Position numbers and translations under genes: made by a program. From positions 1-64,000 of IMG/VR virus record IMGVR_UViG_2898748948_000004: 64,000 bases of DNA. One strand, 5' to 3'. The notes beneath the pieces are model-generated. The model was not told where the DNA came from, ran no database searches, and was given only the letters and a program-made list of their open reading frames with translations. Positions 42,811 to 52,480 of the stretch are shown piece by piece; the stretch's first letter is position 1; every line of letters starts with the position of its first letter. Source of the stretch: a virus. Lineage: Duplodnaviria; Caudoviricetes.

Positions 42811-45144
42811 ATGCAGCCTATGACACACAAACCCATGGGCGACAACGCCCAGCAAGCGTTTGAACGCGGCTTCAAAGACACCATGGCCACAGTCATGCCG
42901 GGTACCGAAGTGGAGGATCAGGACACTATCGAGGCCAAGATCCGACACGAGCGCGATACCTTTCTGCTCAACCTCATTGCAAAGCGCCGCGAAGCTGTCT
43001 CTGGACGCAACTCATCCGGCATTGAGTTGGAGTGGAGCGAAGACGAAGAGCATTACCAAGGCATTGATGATGCCAACCGGGCATTTCACGCTGCCAACCA
43101 GCTCTATCGCACCTCCAAGGCCCATATGCTCGGTAAGGATACGACGGGCCCGGCCGGGCCTGCGCGTTCCGTGGTGTTCCTTAATATCACTCGCTCCTAT
43201 GTGGATGCCGCCAGCGCGCGAGTGTCCGACATGCTGCTCCCAACGGATGATCGGGCCTGGGCTATCAGTCCGACCCCGATCCCGAAACTCACTCCGTACC
43301 TGATGCAGCAGTTGCGCGACATGATGGGGCTCAGCTATAGCCAAAAGGTGATGGAGCAGTTTGTGGATCTGCAGATCCAGAACGCCAAGACCGCTGCCAA
43401 GAAGATGGAGCAAGCGATTGAGGACTGCTTGGTCGAGTCCAACTGGCACGGCGAGATGCGTCAGATGATTGAAGACTCAGGGCGCATTGGCTCGGGTGTT
43501 TTCAAAGGCCCGTTCCCCGTGCGCCGCGTGGCTCGGATGACGAAGCGAGATCCGGTGACAGGTGAAGTCAAGTTCATTCGCCTGTCTGAAATCAAGCCTG
43601 GCTCCAAGCGCATTGATCCCTGGAACTTCTTCCCTGACCCTGCCTGCGGTGAGAACATCCACAACGGAAGCTACACCTGGGAGCGTGAGTATCTGTCGAG
43701 CCGCAAGGTCAAGGAAATGCTCGAAATGCCTGGCTATGACAAGGCTGAGCTGATGGCTGTCCTGCGTGAAGGGCCAAAGTCCGCCCGTGAAGGTTCGGAA
43801 TCAAGCCATCGACAGAACGATGCCGAGTTTGAAATGTGGATTTTCCACGGTCACTGCGCGGCCGAGCACCTGCGCATGTACGGTGTGGAGCTGGAAGATG
43901 ATGTGGAAGAGAAGATGCCCACCATGGCCGTGGTGATCAACGATCGACTGGTCAAGATCACTCTGTCAGCCATGGATGAGGGAGAGTTTCCATATGATGT
44001 GCTGGCCTGGCAGCGCCGCCCTGGCTTGCCTTGGGGTGTGGGTGTGTCCCGACAGATCCGTACTGTGCAACGCATCTTGAATGGCTCCGTTCGCGCCATG
44101 ATGGATAACGCAAGTCTGAGCGCGGCGCCCCAGATCATCCTGGGCAACAAGGTGACACCCGAGGACGGCAACTGGACTTTGTACCCGGGTAAACGCTGGC
44201 GCGTTGAGGCGGACTCAGACATCACCGATGTACGGCAGGCGTTCAATGCCTTCATCGTCCCAAGCGTTCAGAACGAGTTGATGAACATCATCAACTGGGC
44301 CATGTCTATGGCAGAGGACACCACCGGCTTGCCTGCCATGCTGCAGGGAATCCGGGGGGATTCTCCCAATACGCTGGGAGGCATGCAGCTTCAGGATAAC
44401 AACGCATCCAGTGTTTTGCGCCGTCTGGCGCGCCGCTTTGACGACTATGTGACCCAACCACATATCCAGCGCTATTTTGACTGGATGATGCAGTACAGCG
44501 ACGACGACAGCATCAAGGGCGACTTTCAGATCGATGTGCGTGCGTCTTCTGCACTTCTGGAGCGCAGCAATCAGCAATCTTTCCTCATGCAGATGCTGGC
44601 GATCTCTAAAGACCCGACATACGGCCTCGACCCGGCGCGCCTCATGAAGGAGCTGCTCAAGGGGCAGCGCCTTGACCCCGAGCGTGTGGCATTGACGGAA
44701 GAGCAGAAGCAGGCTCAAGCGGAGAAGGCCGCGCCGCAAGACCCGACACTTCAGGCGCGTGCACAACTCCTGTCCGCCCAGGCCGAGCACACTCAGGCTC
44801 GTACCGCCGTGGAGCATGTCAAAGTCTCCGTGGAGCAAGCACGCGCCGAGCAGCTTCAGGCACAAGCAGCGACAACGAATGTTGAGGGCATGTATAGCGC
44901 TACCGAGGCGGCCAAGAACCTGCTGATGGCATCCCCTGTGGCGGGTGCCTCTGACGCAATTTGGAAGTCGGCTGGTGGGACAGACAAGGATCTGCCCCCG
45001 GCGCTCCCCCAGGTGCAAGGCAATGAGTTGGTGGCAAGTGGGCTGGTTCCACCACCTCAGACCAATACCAACCCCTTGACCCCCGCCAATCCAGCATCGC
45101 CTGCTACAGGAATGATGGCCGGCATCGAAGGGGGCGGCGACTGA
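42811..45144 (+). CDS. Portal protein
   Basis: About 777 aa after terL; VVFLNITRSYVDAA, GSGVFKGP, IDPWNFFPDP, PWGVGV, TTGLP, YFDWMMQY; C-terminal coiled coil. Confidence 0.85.
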   Translation: MQPMTHKPMGDNAQQAFERGFKDTMATVMPGTEVEDQDTIEAKIRHERDTFLLNLIAKRREAVSGRNSSGIELEWSEDEEHYQGIDDANRAFHAANQLYRTSKAHMLGKDTTGPAGPARSVVFLNITRSYVDAASARVSDMLLPTDDRAWAISPTPIPKLTPYLMQQLRDMMGLSYSQKVMEQFVDLQIQNAKTAAKKMEQAIEDCLVESNWHGEMRQMIEDSGRIGSGVFKGPFPVRRVARMTKRDPVTGEVKFIRLSEIKPGSKRIDPWNFFPDPACGENIHNGSYTWEREYLSSRKVKEMLEMPGYDKAELMAVLREGPKSAREGSESSHRQNDAEFEMWIFHGHCAAEHLRMYGVELEDDVEEKMPTMAVVINDRLVKITLSAMDEGEFPYDVLAWQRRPGLPWGVGVSRQIRTVQRILNGSVRAMMDNASLSAAPQIILGNKVTPEDGNWTLYPGKRWRVEADSDITDVRQAFNAFIVPSVQNELMNIINWAMSMAEDTTGLPAMLQGIRGDSPNTLGGMQLQDNNASSVLRRLARRFDDYVTQPHIQRYFDWMMQYSDDDSIKGDFQIDVRASSALLERSNQQSFLMQMLAISKDPTYGLDPARLMKELLKGQRLDPERVALTEEQKQAQAEKAAPQDPTLQARAQLLSAQAEHTQARTAVEHVKVSVEQARAEQLQAQAATTNVEGMYSATEAAKNLLMASPVAGASDAIWKSAGGTDKDLPPALPQVQGNELVASGLVPPPQTNTNPLTPANPASPATGMMAGIEGGGD

Positions 45145-45238
45145 ACTGCCTGTGGGAGTAGAAGCTGCTGGACTTGAAACGGCAGCAGTCCCCATCCATT
45201 TCCGTCCATTCCCATCCATTCATTCCTATCTGGCAACC

Positions 45239-45883
45239 ATGACCATTGACCACAAAACCCTCACCGACGAAATCCTGGCCACGCCCCAAGGCGTAGCTCG
45301 AGCTATCAAACTCAAGGACGCGCTCGGCAATGACTTCGGCCATATCACCTGGGTATGGGATAACGATTGCCTGAGTGTGGCGACTCAGAAGCTGCCGAAT
45401 GGCTACGAGGGCTTGGTGCTGGGCGTCGAAGACATGGTGGGAATCCATTTGGAGGGCAGCGCCTCGGCGCCAGCCGAAACCCAGGCCAAGGATCTGGCGC
45501 TGCAGCTCATGATCTGGGGTGCTTGTGTTGTGCCTTCCCCGAATGAGGGCGGCGCGCCAAAGCCAGCCATCGGGCCTATCACCCTGGATGTGGATACCGC
45601 CTGGGGCAAGGCACTGGCTCATGTGTCCTGTGATGGTGGTTTCATTCAGATCGATGTGTTGAACGCATGTGCACAGCCGCCGTTCTTTGTGGTGCTAGGT
45701 GAACATCTGGCCGCCGAGGTTCTGCCCACCATCAAGAAGCTGGTGGAGGGCGCCCCTTTGCCCTCTAGCGCCAATATCACCGAGCGCGTGGAAGGTGCTG
45801 TGAATGCTGGTACCAGCGCGCTCACCCAGCCGGTGCCGCTCGGGGCACCCAGCGTGCAACACGACATCTCGCAGCCTCATTGA
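45239..45883 (+). CDS. Hypothetical protein (214 aa)
   Basis: ORF between portal and terminator. Confidence 0.6.
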   Translation: MTIDHKTLTDEILATPQGVARAIKLKDALGNDFGHITWVWDNDCLSVATQKLPNGYEGLVLGVEDMVGIHLEGSASAPAETQAKDLALQLMIWGACVVPSPNEGGAPKPAIGPITLDVDTAWGKALAHVSCDGGFIQIDVLNACAQPPFFVVLGEHLAAEVLPTIKKLVEGAPLPSSANITERVEGAVNAGTSALTQPVPLGAPSVQHDISQPH

Positions 45884-45912
45884 TCAAGCGCTGAGTTCCT
45901 GAGCTGATAGCC

Positions 45913-45940
45913 AAACCGCCCACCGAGGCGGTTTTTTCTT
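45913..45940 (+). terminator. Intrinsic terminator
   Basis: AAACCGCC-CACCGA-GGCGGTTT plus T-run. Confidence 0.75.
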
Positions 45941-45956
45941 GCTTGGCCTTCGCCGC

Positions 45957-45973
45957 CCCTGCATGTGGTTTAG
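45957..45973 (+). promoter_or_regulatory. Late-promoter motif, copy 2 (upstream of head genes)
   Basis: CCCTGCATGTGGTTTAG right after the terminator. Confidence 0.5.
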
Positions 45974-46032
45974 ACATTCCCCCTCTCTCTACGAGCATTC
46001 ATCCATCAGTAACGCGCGTATTGGCTGGAGAT

Positions 46033-46272
46033 ATGAAGGCGCCCGAGCTTGAGATTGATTTCGACTCCGACGCCTGGAAAGTCCTCGAGGCCCATGCACG
46101 CAAGCAGCTGGACGATTTGCGACTGAAAAACGATGGCGTCGGCCACGACCTGCAAGCCACTTCGGTCATCCGGGGACGCATTGCGGTGTGGAAGGAGTTG
46201 CTGGATATGCCCAAGAGACGCCGAGAGGCGGAAGACCGGGCCAGTCGTCAGATCAGCCCAGGCGGCTACTGA
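46033..46272 (+). CDS. Small conserved head-module protein (79 aa)
   Basis: GGAG RBS; AWKVLEAH...LRLKND...IRGRIAVWKELL. Confidence 0.65.
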   Translation: MKAPELEIDFDSDAWKVLEAHARKQLDDLRLKNDGVGHDLQATSVIRGRIAVWKELLDMPKRRREAEDRASRQISPGGY

Positions 46273-46298
46273 ACCCCTAGACGTTTGGAGCAATACGC

Positions 46299-47441
46299 AT
46301 GAGCATGGAACAGGAAGACCAAGGTTTTGAACAAGGCTTTGCCTCTGTGATGAACCTCGAACCCGAGCAGCACGCACCCGCAGCTGATGCTGCCGATGCA
46401 GGTAATGCCGGTGGCGAGGTCGAGCAGGGCGCAGCCCAAGACAATGCCAATGGCTCCGATGCTGGTGCCCCCGAAGCGCCCGCTCCCGAAGCGCCCTCTG
46501 GTGAAGCGGGTGCAGCTGAATCTGGTGAGCAGGGCGCGGCCCAAGCTGCCAGCGAGCAGGGGGGCGCAGGGGATGGCGGTACGCCGGCTGATGCAGATCC
46601 AGACCCGAACGACGAGGTTCTACTCGATGGCCTGACCCGCCGCGAAGTACGCAACCTCCTATCGCGTGCCTCCGAAGTGGAAGGGCTCAGCGCGGGCCTG
46701 CGCAAGGTTCACGGAAAGATTGGCGAGTTGAACGACCGGCTCCGCAAGGCCCCGGCTGAACATGCCCCCGGTAACTACGGCGGCATTGCGCTCTCTGGTC
46801 TGGAAGGTGAAGCCTTTGACAAGGCGGTCACGGATGTGATGGCTCAAGCAAAGATTGATGCTGCCGCATTCGGTGATTACTCCGAAGAAGGCCTGGTGCG
46901 CGGCATCGTGACCACCATGCTCCGCATGCAGCAGCTCCAACAGTTGCCGCAGGTACAGAAGGTGCCGGCTGAGCCGGGCGGGCAGGGCGCGGCCTTGCCC
47001 GTGGACATGCCGCATTCCGCTGCAGCTGAGGGTCACACCCCGGCTGAATCCCAGCACGTAGACACGGCCTCGGCCGAAGCTGCCCAGCAGCACAGCGATC
47101 CCAGCATCCACGTTGAGCAGTTGGTGCTCGACCGCGTTCGCCCCGGCTGGCGCGAGACGGTTGCTGGACAGGAATTCAATCTCTGGCTTGGTGCGCAAGA
47201 CCAGTCGTATCAGCAACAGTACCTGCAGGCCAACACCGCCGAGAAATTCGCCGGTGTGCTCGACACGTTCGGGCAGTGGAAGACCGCGCGTGAAGCTGCC
47301 GTCTCCAAGAGTGCCAAGGCACAGGAGCGCTTGGAGCGCTCGCTGACTCCGACAGGACATGTACCCAAGCCTGCTGCCGCGATGACGGAGGACGAGGAAT
47401 TTGAAGCCGCGTTCGCCGCCGTCTCCAAGCAGCGCCTGTAG
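46299..47441 (+). CDS. Capsid scaffolding-like protein
   Basis: Acidic, low-complexity, directly before the capsid gene; PGWRETVAGQEFNLWL motif; DEEFEAAF tail. Confidence 0.65.
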   Translation: MSMEQEDQGFEQGFASVMNLEPEQHAPAADAADAGNAGGEVEQGAAQDNANGSDAGAPEAPAPEAPSGEAGAAESGEQGAAQAASEQGGAGDGGTPADADPDPNDEVLLDGLTRREVRNLLSRASEVEGLSAGLRKVHGKIGELNDRLRKAPAEHAPGNYGGIALSGLEGEAFDKAVTDVMAQAKIDAAAFGDYSEEGLVRGIVTTMLRMQQLQQLPQVQKVPAEPGGQGAALPVDMPHSAAAEGHTPAESQHVDTASAEAAQQHSDPSIHVEQLVLDRVRPGWRETVAGQEFNLWLGAQDQSYQQQYLQANTAEKFAGVLDTFGQWKTAREAAVSKSAKAQERLERSLTPTGHVPKPAAAMTEDEEFEAAFAAVSKQRL

Positions 47442-47470
47442 GCCTATCGGCCTGTATGAAAGGATGAGTC

Positions 47471-48511
47471 ATGCCTCAGTTTGAGAGCAACAATCCGACG
47501 CCCCGGATTGGCAAAATCAAGGGCGAAATCCTGGCGCACGCCGTCAGCTGCGAAGTGCTGGGCCTGACCGGTCAGCAACGCGGCATGGTCAAGAATGCGG
47601 GCAAGACCGTGGTGTACCGCCGCTATCTGCCCCATGGCGCGGCCAATACCGACTGGAACACCCGCAACCGCCCCAAGGCAGACCCCGCAGCTCATGAGCT
47701 GACCGAGGGTGTGACCCCTTCGGCGGATTCTCTGGTGCCCCAGGACATTACCGTGACCATCAAGGAATACGGTTGCCTGTACCAGCTGACCAACCAGACT
47801 GCTGACTTCTACGAAGACGATGTGTCCTCGGAAATGAAGAAGCAGTGCGGCGAGCGCATCGGCCTGCTGCGCGAGATGATCCGCTATGGCGTGGTCAAGG
47901 CGTGCACCAATGTGTTCTACGCTGGAAACGCGTCCAGCCGCGCAACCGTGGCGGGCAAGATCACTCTGCCCATCCTGCGCAAGGTCAGCCGCGGCCTGCA
48001 GGCGAACCATGCCAAGCGCGTCACCGGCATTCTGGCGCCCAGCACCAACATCAAGACTTCCCCTGTGGAAGCCTCGTATCTGGTGTTCGTGTCGTCCGAT
48101 GCCGAATCCGACATCCGCGATCTGCCCAAGTTCACTCCGGTGGCGGAGTATGGCTCGCGCAAGGTCGTGTCTCCCTACGAGCTGGGCTCCTGCGAGAACT
48201 ACCGCTTCGTGACCAGCCCCGAGCTGGCTCCTTACCTGGGAGCAGGCGCGGCTGTAAGCGGTACCGGTTTGCTGGGCGATACCAATGTGGACGTGTACCC
48301 GTTCGTCGTGACTGGTGAAGACGCCTGGGGCCAGCTGGCTCTGCGCGGTGCCAACGCGCTCGATCCGACCTACATCCCACCTGGCACCAAGGACAAGTCC
48401 GACCCTCTGGGCCAGCGCGGCTATGTGGGCGCCAAGTTCTACATGAACTGCGTGCTGCTCAACGAAGGCTGGATGGCGGTGGTTGAGGCCGGCGTCTCCG
48501 ATCTGGTCTAA
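47471..48511 (+). CDS. Major capsid protein, N4-gp56-like family
   Basis: GKTVVYRRY, LTEGVTP, TIKEYG, GSCENYRFV, DKSDPLGQRGYVGAKFY, LNEGWM. Confidence 0.88.
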   Translation: MPQFESNNPTPRIGKIKGEILAHAVSCEVLGLTGQQRGMVKNAGKTVVYRRYLPHGAANTDWNTRNRPKADPAAHELTEGVTPSADSLVPQDITVTIKEYGCLYQLTNQTADFYEDDVSSEMKKQCGERIGLLREMIRYGVVKACTNVFYAGNASSRATVAGKITLPILRKVSRGLQANHAKRVTGILAPSTNIKTSPVEASYLVFVSSDAESDIRDLPKFTPVAEYGSRKVVSPYELGSCENYRFVTSPELAPYLGAGAAVSGTGLLGDTNVDVYPFVVTGEDAWGQLALRGANALDPTYIPPGTKDKSDPLGQRGYVGAKFYMNCVLLNEGWMAVVEAGVSDLV

Positions 48512-48574
48512 CCCCACAAGGCGGGCTGCTGTGTAAAGGCGGCCCGCCTTTGGTACTTCTTCAAGGAAACACAA

Positions 48575-49051
48575 ATGAATGGATCTACTGTCGGTCGTCG
48601 TGGCGGCAAACAGCGTGAAGTGGATGCCGGTGCCGAGTACCTGGGCGCGGCCCCCGAGTTGATGCTGGGCGATGCTGCGGGCGATGTTGAGTCAATCGTG
48701 ACCGAAGTGGGCATGGATGCCGTGGCACAAGAGGCGTTCATGAACGATCTGCTGACCATCATCGTTGCCTCCAATGGTGCCGACGATGAAACCCCTAGCG
48801 TGCCTGTTGGCGTCAATGGCTCGTTCATCTACCTGCCGCGCGACATCCCCATTGATGTGAAGCGTAAGTATGTGGAAGTTCTGGCCCGTGCCAAGAAGAC
48901 TGACTACGACCAGACGCTGGACATCGCTCTGGGCGAGCGCATGAACAAGCTGACTCAGCGCCATGTGCTCAAGTACCCGTTCACAGTGATCAGCGATCCC
49001 GATAGCCGTGGCCATCAGTGGCTGCGCGAGATCCTGGCCCAGCGCCGCTAA
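48575..49051 (+). CDS. Conserved protein downstream of the capsid gene
   Basis: VPVGVNG..IYLPRD...VKRKYVEVLARAK...KYPFTVISDP. Confidence 0.6.
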   Translation: MNGSTVGRRGGKQREVDAGAEYLGAAPELMLGDAAGDVESIVTEVGMDAVAQEAFMNDLLTIIVASNGADDETPSVPVGVNGSFIYLPRDIPIDVKRKYVEVLARAKKTDYDQTLDIALGERMNKLTQRHVLKYPFTVISDPDSRGHQWLREILAQRR

Positions 49052-49068
49052 CTCAAGCCGGGCGCGCC

Positions 49069-49725
49069 ATGACACTCGAAGAGCTCATTGCTTTGTACCG
49101 CCGCAGAGCGCAGGACACGGAAGAGCCCCACCTGTGTGACGACGACACCGTGCGCCTGTACTTGAGGGAAGCGCAGGACGAGGCCTGCCGCAGAGGGCAA
49201 CTGCTCTTGCAGTCCACCGGTGCCATGTGTCAGGTGCAGTTCCAGGCCGGCGCCGAGCTGATCCAGCTCGATCGCAGGGTGCTGAAAGTGTTGCGCTCCT
49301 ACGTGGATGGTAGCCAGGTCAGGGTGGTGCCGGTCGATGTGATGGATCTCAATCATCCCAACTGGCAGTTTGACACCCTGCGTGACAAGCCAAGGGTCTT
49401 GATTTCTGGACTCACAACAGATGCATTGCACCTCTGGCCCATACCCAGCCAGAACGGGGAGGTTCGGCTGAGCGTTCAACGGCTCCCTATGAAACCGCTG
49501 CTTGTGGATTCGGATAAGCCCGAGATCAGGGAAGAAGCGCACCCGGCATTGGTGGAATGGGTCATGCATCGCGTGTATGGAACCCAGGACGTTGACCTGT
49601 ACGACCCGAATAGATCCGAGATCGCGCTGAGGAAATTTGAAGCTGAGTTCGGTAAGAAGAGCAGTCTGCGCAATGAAAACTGGGTGAGGGACGGTGCAGG
49701 GGCATTGCCCGCTCCGCTGGCCTGA
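49069..49725 (+). CDS. Head-tail adaptor-like protein
   Basis: MTLEELIALYR...YLREAQDEACRRG; LHLWPIP; HPALVEWVMHRVY...FEAEFG. Confidence 0.7.
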   Translation: MTLEELIALYRRRAQDTEEPHLCDDDTVRLYLREAQDEACRRGQLLLQSTGAMCQVQFQAGAELIQLDRRVLKVLRSYVDGSQVRVVPVDVMDLNHPNWQFDTLRDKPRVLISGLTTDALHLWPIPSQNGEVRLSVQRLPMKPLLVDSDKPEIREEAHPALVEWVMHRVYGTQDVDLYDPNRSEIALRKFEAEFGKKSSLRNENWVRDGAGALPAPLA

Positions 49726-49742
49726 TCCCGAAAGGATAGGCG

Positions 49743-51827
49743 ATGGCCAACCCCAAAGATGAATTCCAGCGACAGCAGCAAGCTGTGGCAGCTGCTGATG
49801 CGAAGGGCGGACAAGTTCAAGGCTTGGCTGTCTCGACTGACCCCAGCAATGCCAGCCGCTTTGCCAAGGTGCCCCCGGGCATCGGTGGTAATCCGCTCGT
49901 TCAGCAGTCGGCGCAAGCGGAAAAGAACACGAACCCCATTGCGGAAGCGGCTATGACCACGCCTGCTGCGCCAGCTGCCTCCCCTAAACCAAGCGCGCAA
50001 TCGCCGGGCTTCACCCCAGCGCCAGCTACGAACTCTGCTGCAGGTTCCGCAGCTGCCGTGCCACTTTCCCCGCAGGCTCAGTCCGATAGAGCGCGAGTCG
50101 GCGCAGCCTGGGATACCGTCAAGGATGTGAACGACGACGCCGGCCGGGCCATTGCGGATATGGCGATGCTCGTGCCTCGCGGCGTGGCGGGTGCGTATGA
50201 CAGCGCCGTGGTTCGACCCATGCGCGCCGCCGGCGTCAATGCCAGCTACCTGAGCCCCCATCTGGTGCCTGATGGCGTCGATCCAAGTAGCATGACGCCG
50301 TTCACCGACCAAAAACGCATGCAGCAGGCCGCCAACAGCAGAGCGCCTGGCGCTGCAGCTGTGCAGCCAGCTCAGACCGCTGGTGCCGGAGCGGGTACCT
50401 CTGAAGTCGGTGGCGGGCGCGGTTCCATCAATCCGCCGATGGCTGACCCCAGCGCACCGACCACGACCCTGGCCGGTGGTGCGACAGTAACGGGCAACCC
50501 CATGGCCCAATGGGATCGCACTGGCATGACCAATGCCGAGGTGGCACAAGCCAACCCGGGTGGCCGAGTGACCATGCAGCGCCAGCCCAATGGAACCATG
50601 TCTTTCAGCGGCACTGATGTATCGGGGCCGGTGTCTTACGCAGATGGTGCGGGCAAGCCGCTGCCTGGTGCAGGCATTCGCGGCAATGGCTTCAGCCGGG
50701 TAGATTCGACCCCCGCGGGCGCTTCTGTTGGCATGGACGGCGCAGGCAACTATGCATTTTCGAGCGGAAACCCGCTCACCAATGGCGCATCTGCTGGCCG
50801 GTCTCCTGTGGGAATGTCTGTTGAACAGGCTCAGCGCGAAGGCTTGATTGGTCAGCGAGTCGGATACAACCCTGCATATGACCAGCGGCTCACGGGCGAG
50901 AAGAGCCAGGCACCTGACAAAAACACTGGAGCTGCATCTTCTACAGTGGATTCTGCGCTCGCATCTGCGGCTGCAAGGGGTGACTTTGACGCTGTGCGCG
51001 CCCACTACGCGGGGCGCGGCCAAGAGTTTGGCCCGCAGGGGGCAGCACAGGGCACGGGTGTTCCTGCATTCGAGGCTCCTACTGTGCGCCACAGCGGCAA
51101 TGACTGGGCGGCGCGTCAGCAACTCAAGGATATGGAGGCTTCTGCGAGTTCGATCACCAACCGTGCCGAGTGGCGCAGTGGCAGCAGCACCCCCGCATGG
51201 GGCTCGCGCCATCAAGGGCAGAACGACCCGGACGGAAAGGTCGCGCGCTTCAATGCTGCCACCCAGGCCGATCTGGCTGCGCAAGGCAAGGCGCCTGACC
51301 TGCAGCAGCGCACCAATGAAACGAATGCCGGACTGCAACGCGCCGCCATGAGCGAGCAGGGTGAAAACTACCGGGCTGCCGGCAGAAATGCCATCGCAGC
51401 TGCTGGTCTGGCTCAACGCGGCCAGGAAATTAGCTCTCAGGCGGAGCTGCAAAACCTGGAGGTACAGCGCGCTCAACGCAGTGCTGGCGTCATGCAGCGC
51501 TATGACTCAGCCAAGGATGACGCAGAGCGCATGCAGCTCATTCGCCAATACCCTGATGTATTTGGGCAAAAGGCCATCGGGCCCCAGGGCAAAGACCGCT
51601 ACATGACCGTTGGCGGTGGAACGTCTGTGGTGGACGGTCAGACAGTGCGCGAGCCAACCATGGTGTTCGATACTGTCACTCAGCAGTACGTTGGCGGGGG
51701 TGCGCCTGGTGGCGGTCAGGCCGGACAACCAGCAAAAGCGCCGACCTACGAAAAGGATCAGATCTACGTCGATCCACAGTCAGGTGCGAAGCGGCGATGG
51801 AATGGACAGAGCTGGGATCGCGTGTAA
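49743..51827 (+). CDS. Internal virion/DNA-ejection-like protein (694 aa)
   Basis: Ala/Gly/Gln-rich and largely unstructured; C-terminal YVDPQSGAKRRWNGQSW; position before the giant virion protein. Confidence 0.6.
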   Translation: MANPKDEFQRQQQAVAAADAKGGQVQGLAVSTDPSNASRFAKVPPGIGGNPLVQQSAQAEKNTNPIAEAAMTTPAAPAASPKPSAQSPGFTPAPATNSAAGSAAAVPLSPQAQSDRARVGAAWDTVKDVNDDAGRAIADMAMLVPRGVAGAYDSAVVRPMRAAGVNASYLSPHLVPDGVDPSSMTPFTDQKRMQQAANSRAPGAAAVQPAQTAGAGAGTSEVGGGRGSINPPMADPSAPTTTLAGGATVTGNPMAQWDRTGMTNAEVAQANPGGRVTMQRQPNGTMSFSGTDVSGPVSYADGAGKPLPGAGIRGNGFSRVDSTPAGASVGMDGAGNYAFSSGNPLTNGASAGRSPVGMSVEQAQREGLIGQRVGYNPAYDQRLTGEKSQAPDKNTGAASSTVDSALASAAARGDFDAVRAHYAGRGQEFGPQGAAQGTGVPAFEAPTVRHSGNDWAARQQLKDMEASASSITNRAEWRSGSSTPAWGSRHQGQNDPDGKVARFNAATQADLAAQGKAPDLQQRTNETNAGLQRAAMSEQGENYRAAGRNAIAAAGLAQRGQEISSQAELQNLEVQRAQRSAGVMQRYDSAKDDAERMQLIRQYPDVFGQKAIGPQGKDRYMTVGGGTSVVDGQTVREPTMVFDTVTQQYVGGGAPGGGQAGQPAKAPTYEKDQIYVDPQSGAKRRWNGQSWDRV

Positions 51828-51831
51828 CAGC

Positions 51832-52359
51832 TCAGTTGCGCAGAGGGACTGCACGGGCCGGGTTGAAGTCATCCCCGGCCTTTTTCATTTCTTGGTAGGT
51901 GCTCAAGGGAACAGCGCGAGAAGGGTCGAAGGTGTCATCCTTGCCGGCAGCACGATTGGGCAGGGCTCCCGGGCTGGAAACAGGTACGCGCCCTTCGGCT
52001 GCGTCAAACTGGTGGTCGTTGGTTCGTGTATAGACCGTGCCTAGCATCAGCAGTGCGGCGCAACCGATGCCCACCGCGATTCCAATGGCCTTGGTTGGGA
52101 GGTTCACAGTGAAATAACCAATGGCCGTGCCCAGCAGGCTCCACCAGAAGGCCTGAGCGAACATGGCCGGCAACGCCGATTGTTGTGGCGTCATACCGGT
52201 GGCGCTCATTAATCCGATGGCCAGCATTGAGCCCGCCAGCAGTCCGCCGGACATCGATACCCCCCAGATAACCCCGGCGCCCGCCGCCCTGAACTGCATG
52301 CGACGCATGTAGTGGGCAGCCAAACAAGCAATGGCTGTGCACAGTGCGAAGTAGATCAT
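51832..52359 (-). CDS. Antisense multi-pass membrane protein with FDPSRAVP repeats
   Basis: GGAG RBS; about four hydrophobic helices; tail DDTFDPSRAVP...DDFNPARAVPLRN. Confidence 0.7.
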   Translation of the reverse strand: MIYFALCTAIACLAAHYMRRMQFRAAGAGVIWGVSMSGGLLAGSMLAIGLMSATGMTPQQSALPAMFAQAFWWSLLGTAIGYFTVNLPTKAIGIAVGIGCAALLMLGTVYTRTNDHQFDAAEGRVPVSSPGALPNRAAGKDDTFDPSRAVPLSTYQEMKKAGDDFNPARAVPLRN

Positions 52360-52433
52360 TGGAGCTCCCCTTTTTTGGCGGATTGTAACTATTGTCACTT
52401 GTGGCATGAAATAGTCGCGTTTGCGGGGTGCAG

Positions 52434-52450
52434 CCCTGCATAGGGTTTAG
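52434..52450 (+). promoter_or_regulatory. Late-promoter motif, copy 3 (upstream of the giant gene)
   Basis: CCCTGCATAGGGTTTAG 30 nt before ATG 52481. Confidence 0.55.
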
Positions 52451-52480
52451 CGTTTTGCGTGCCCCGGATGACATTGGGGT

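Noticed and set aside
49476-51476. 666-aa minus-strand ORF
   Set aside because: Antisense shadow of the adaptor and 694-aa genes; no recognisable domain
51856-51885. Hairpin plus T-run as an independent regulatory novelty
   Set aside because: It may terminate the 694-aa gene, but it lies within the moron's DDFNPARAVP coding sequence, so it cannot be separated from coding constraint
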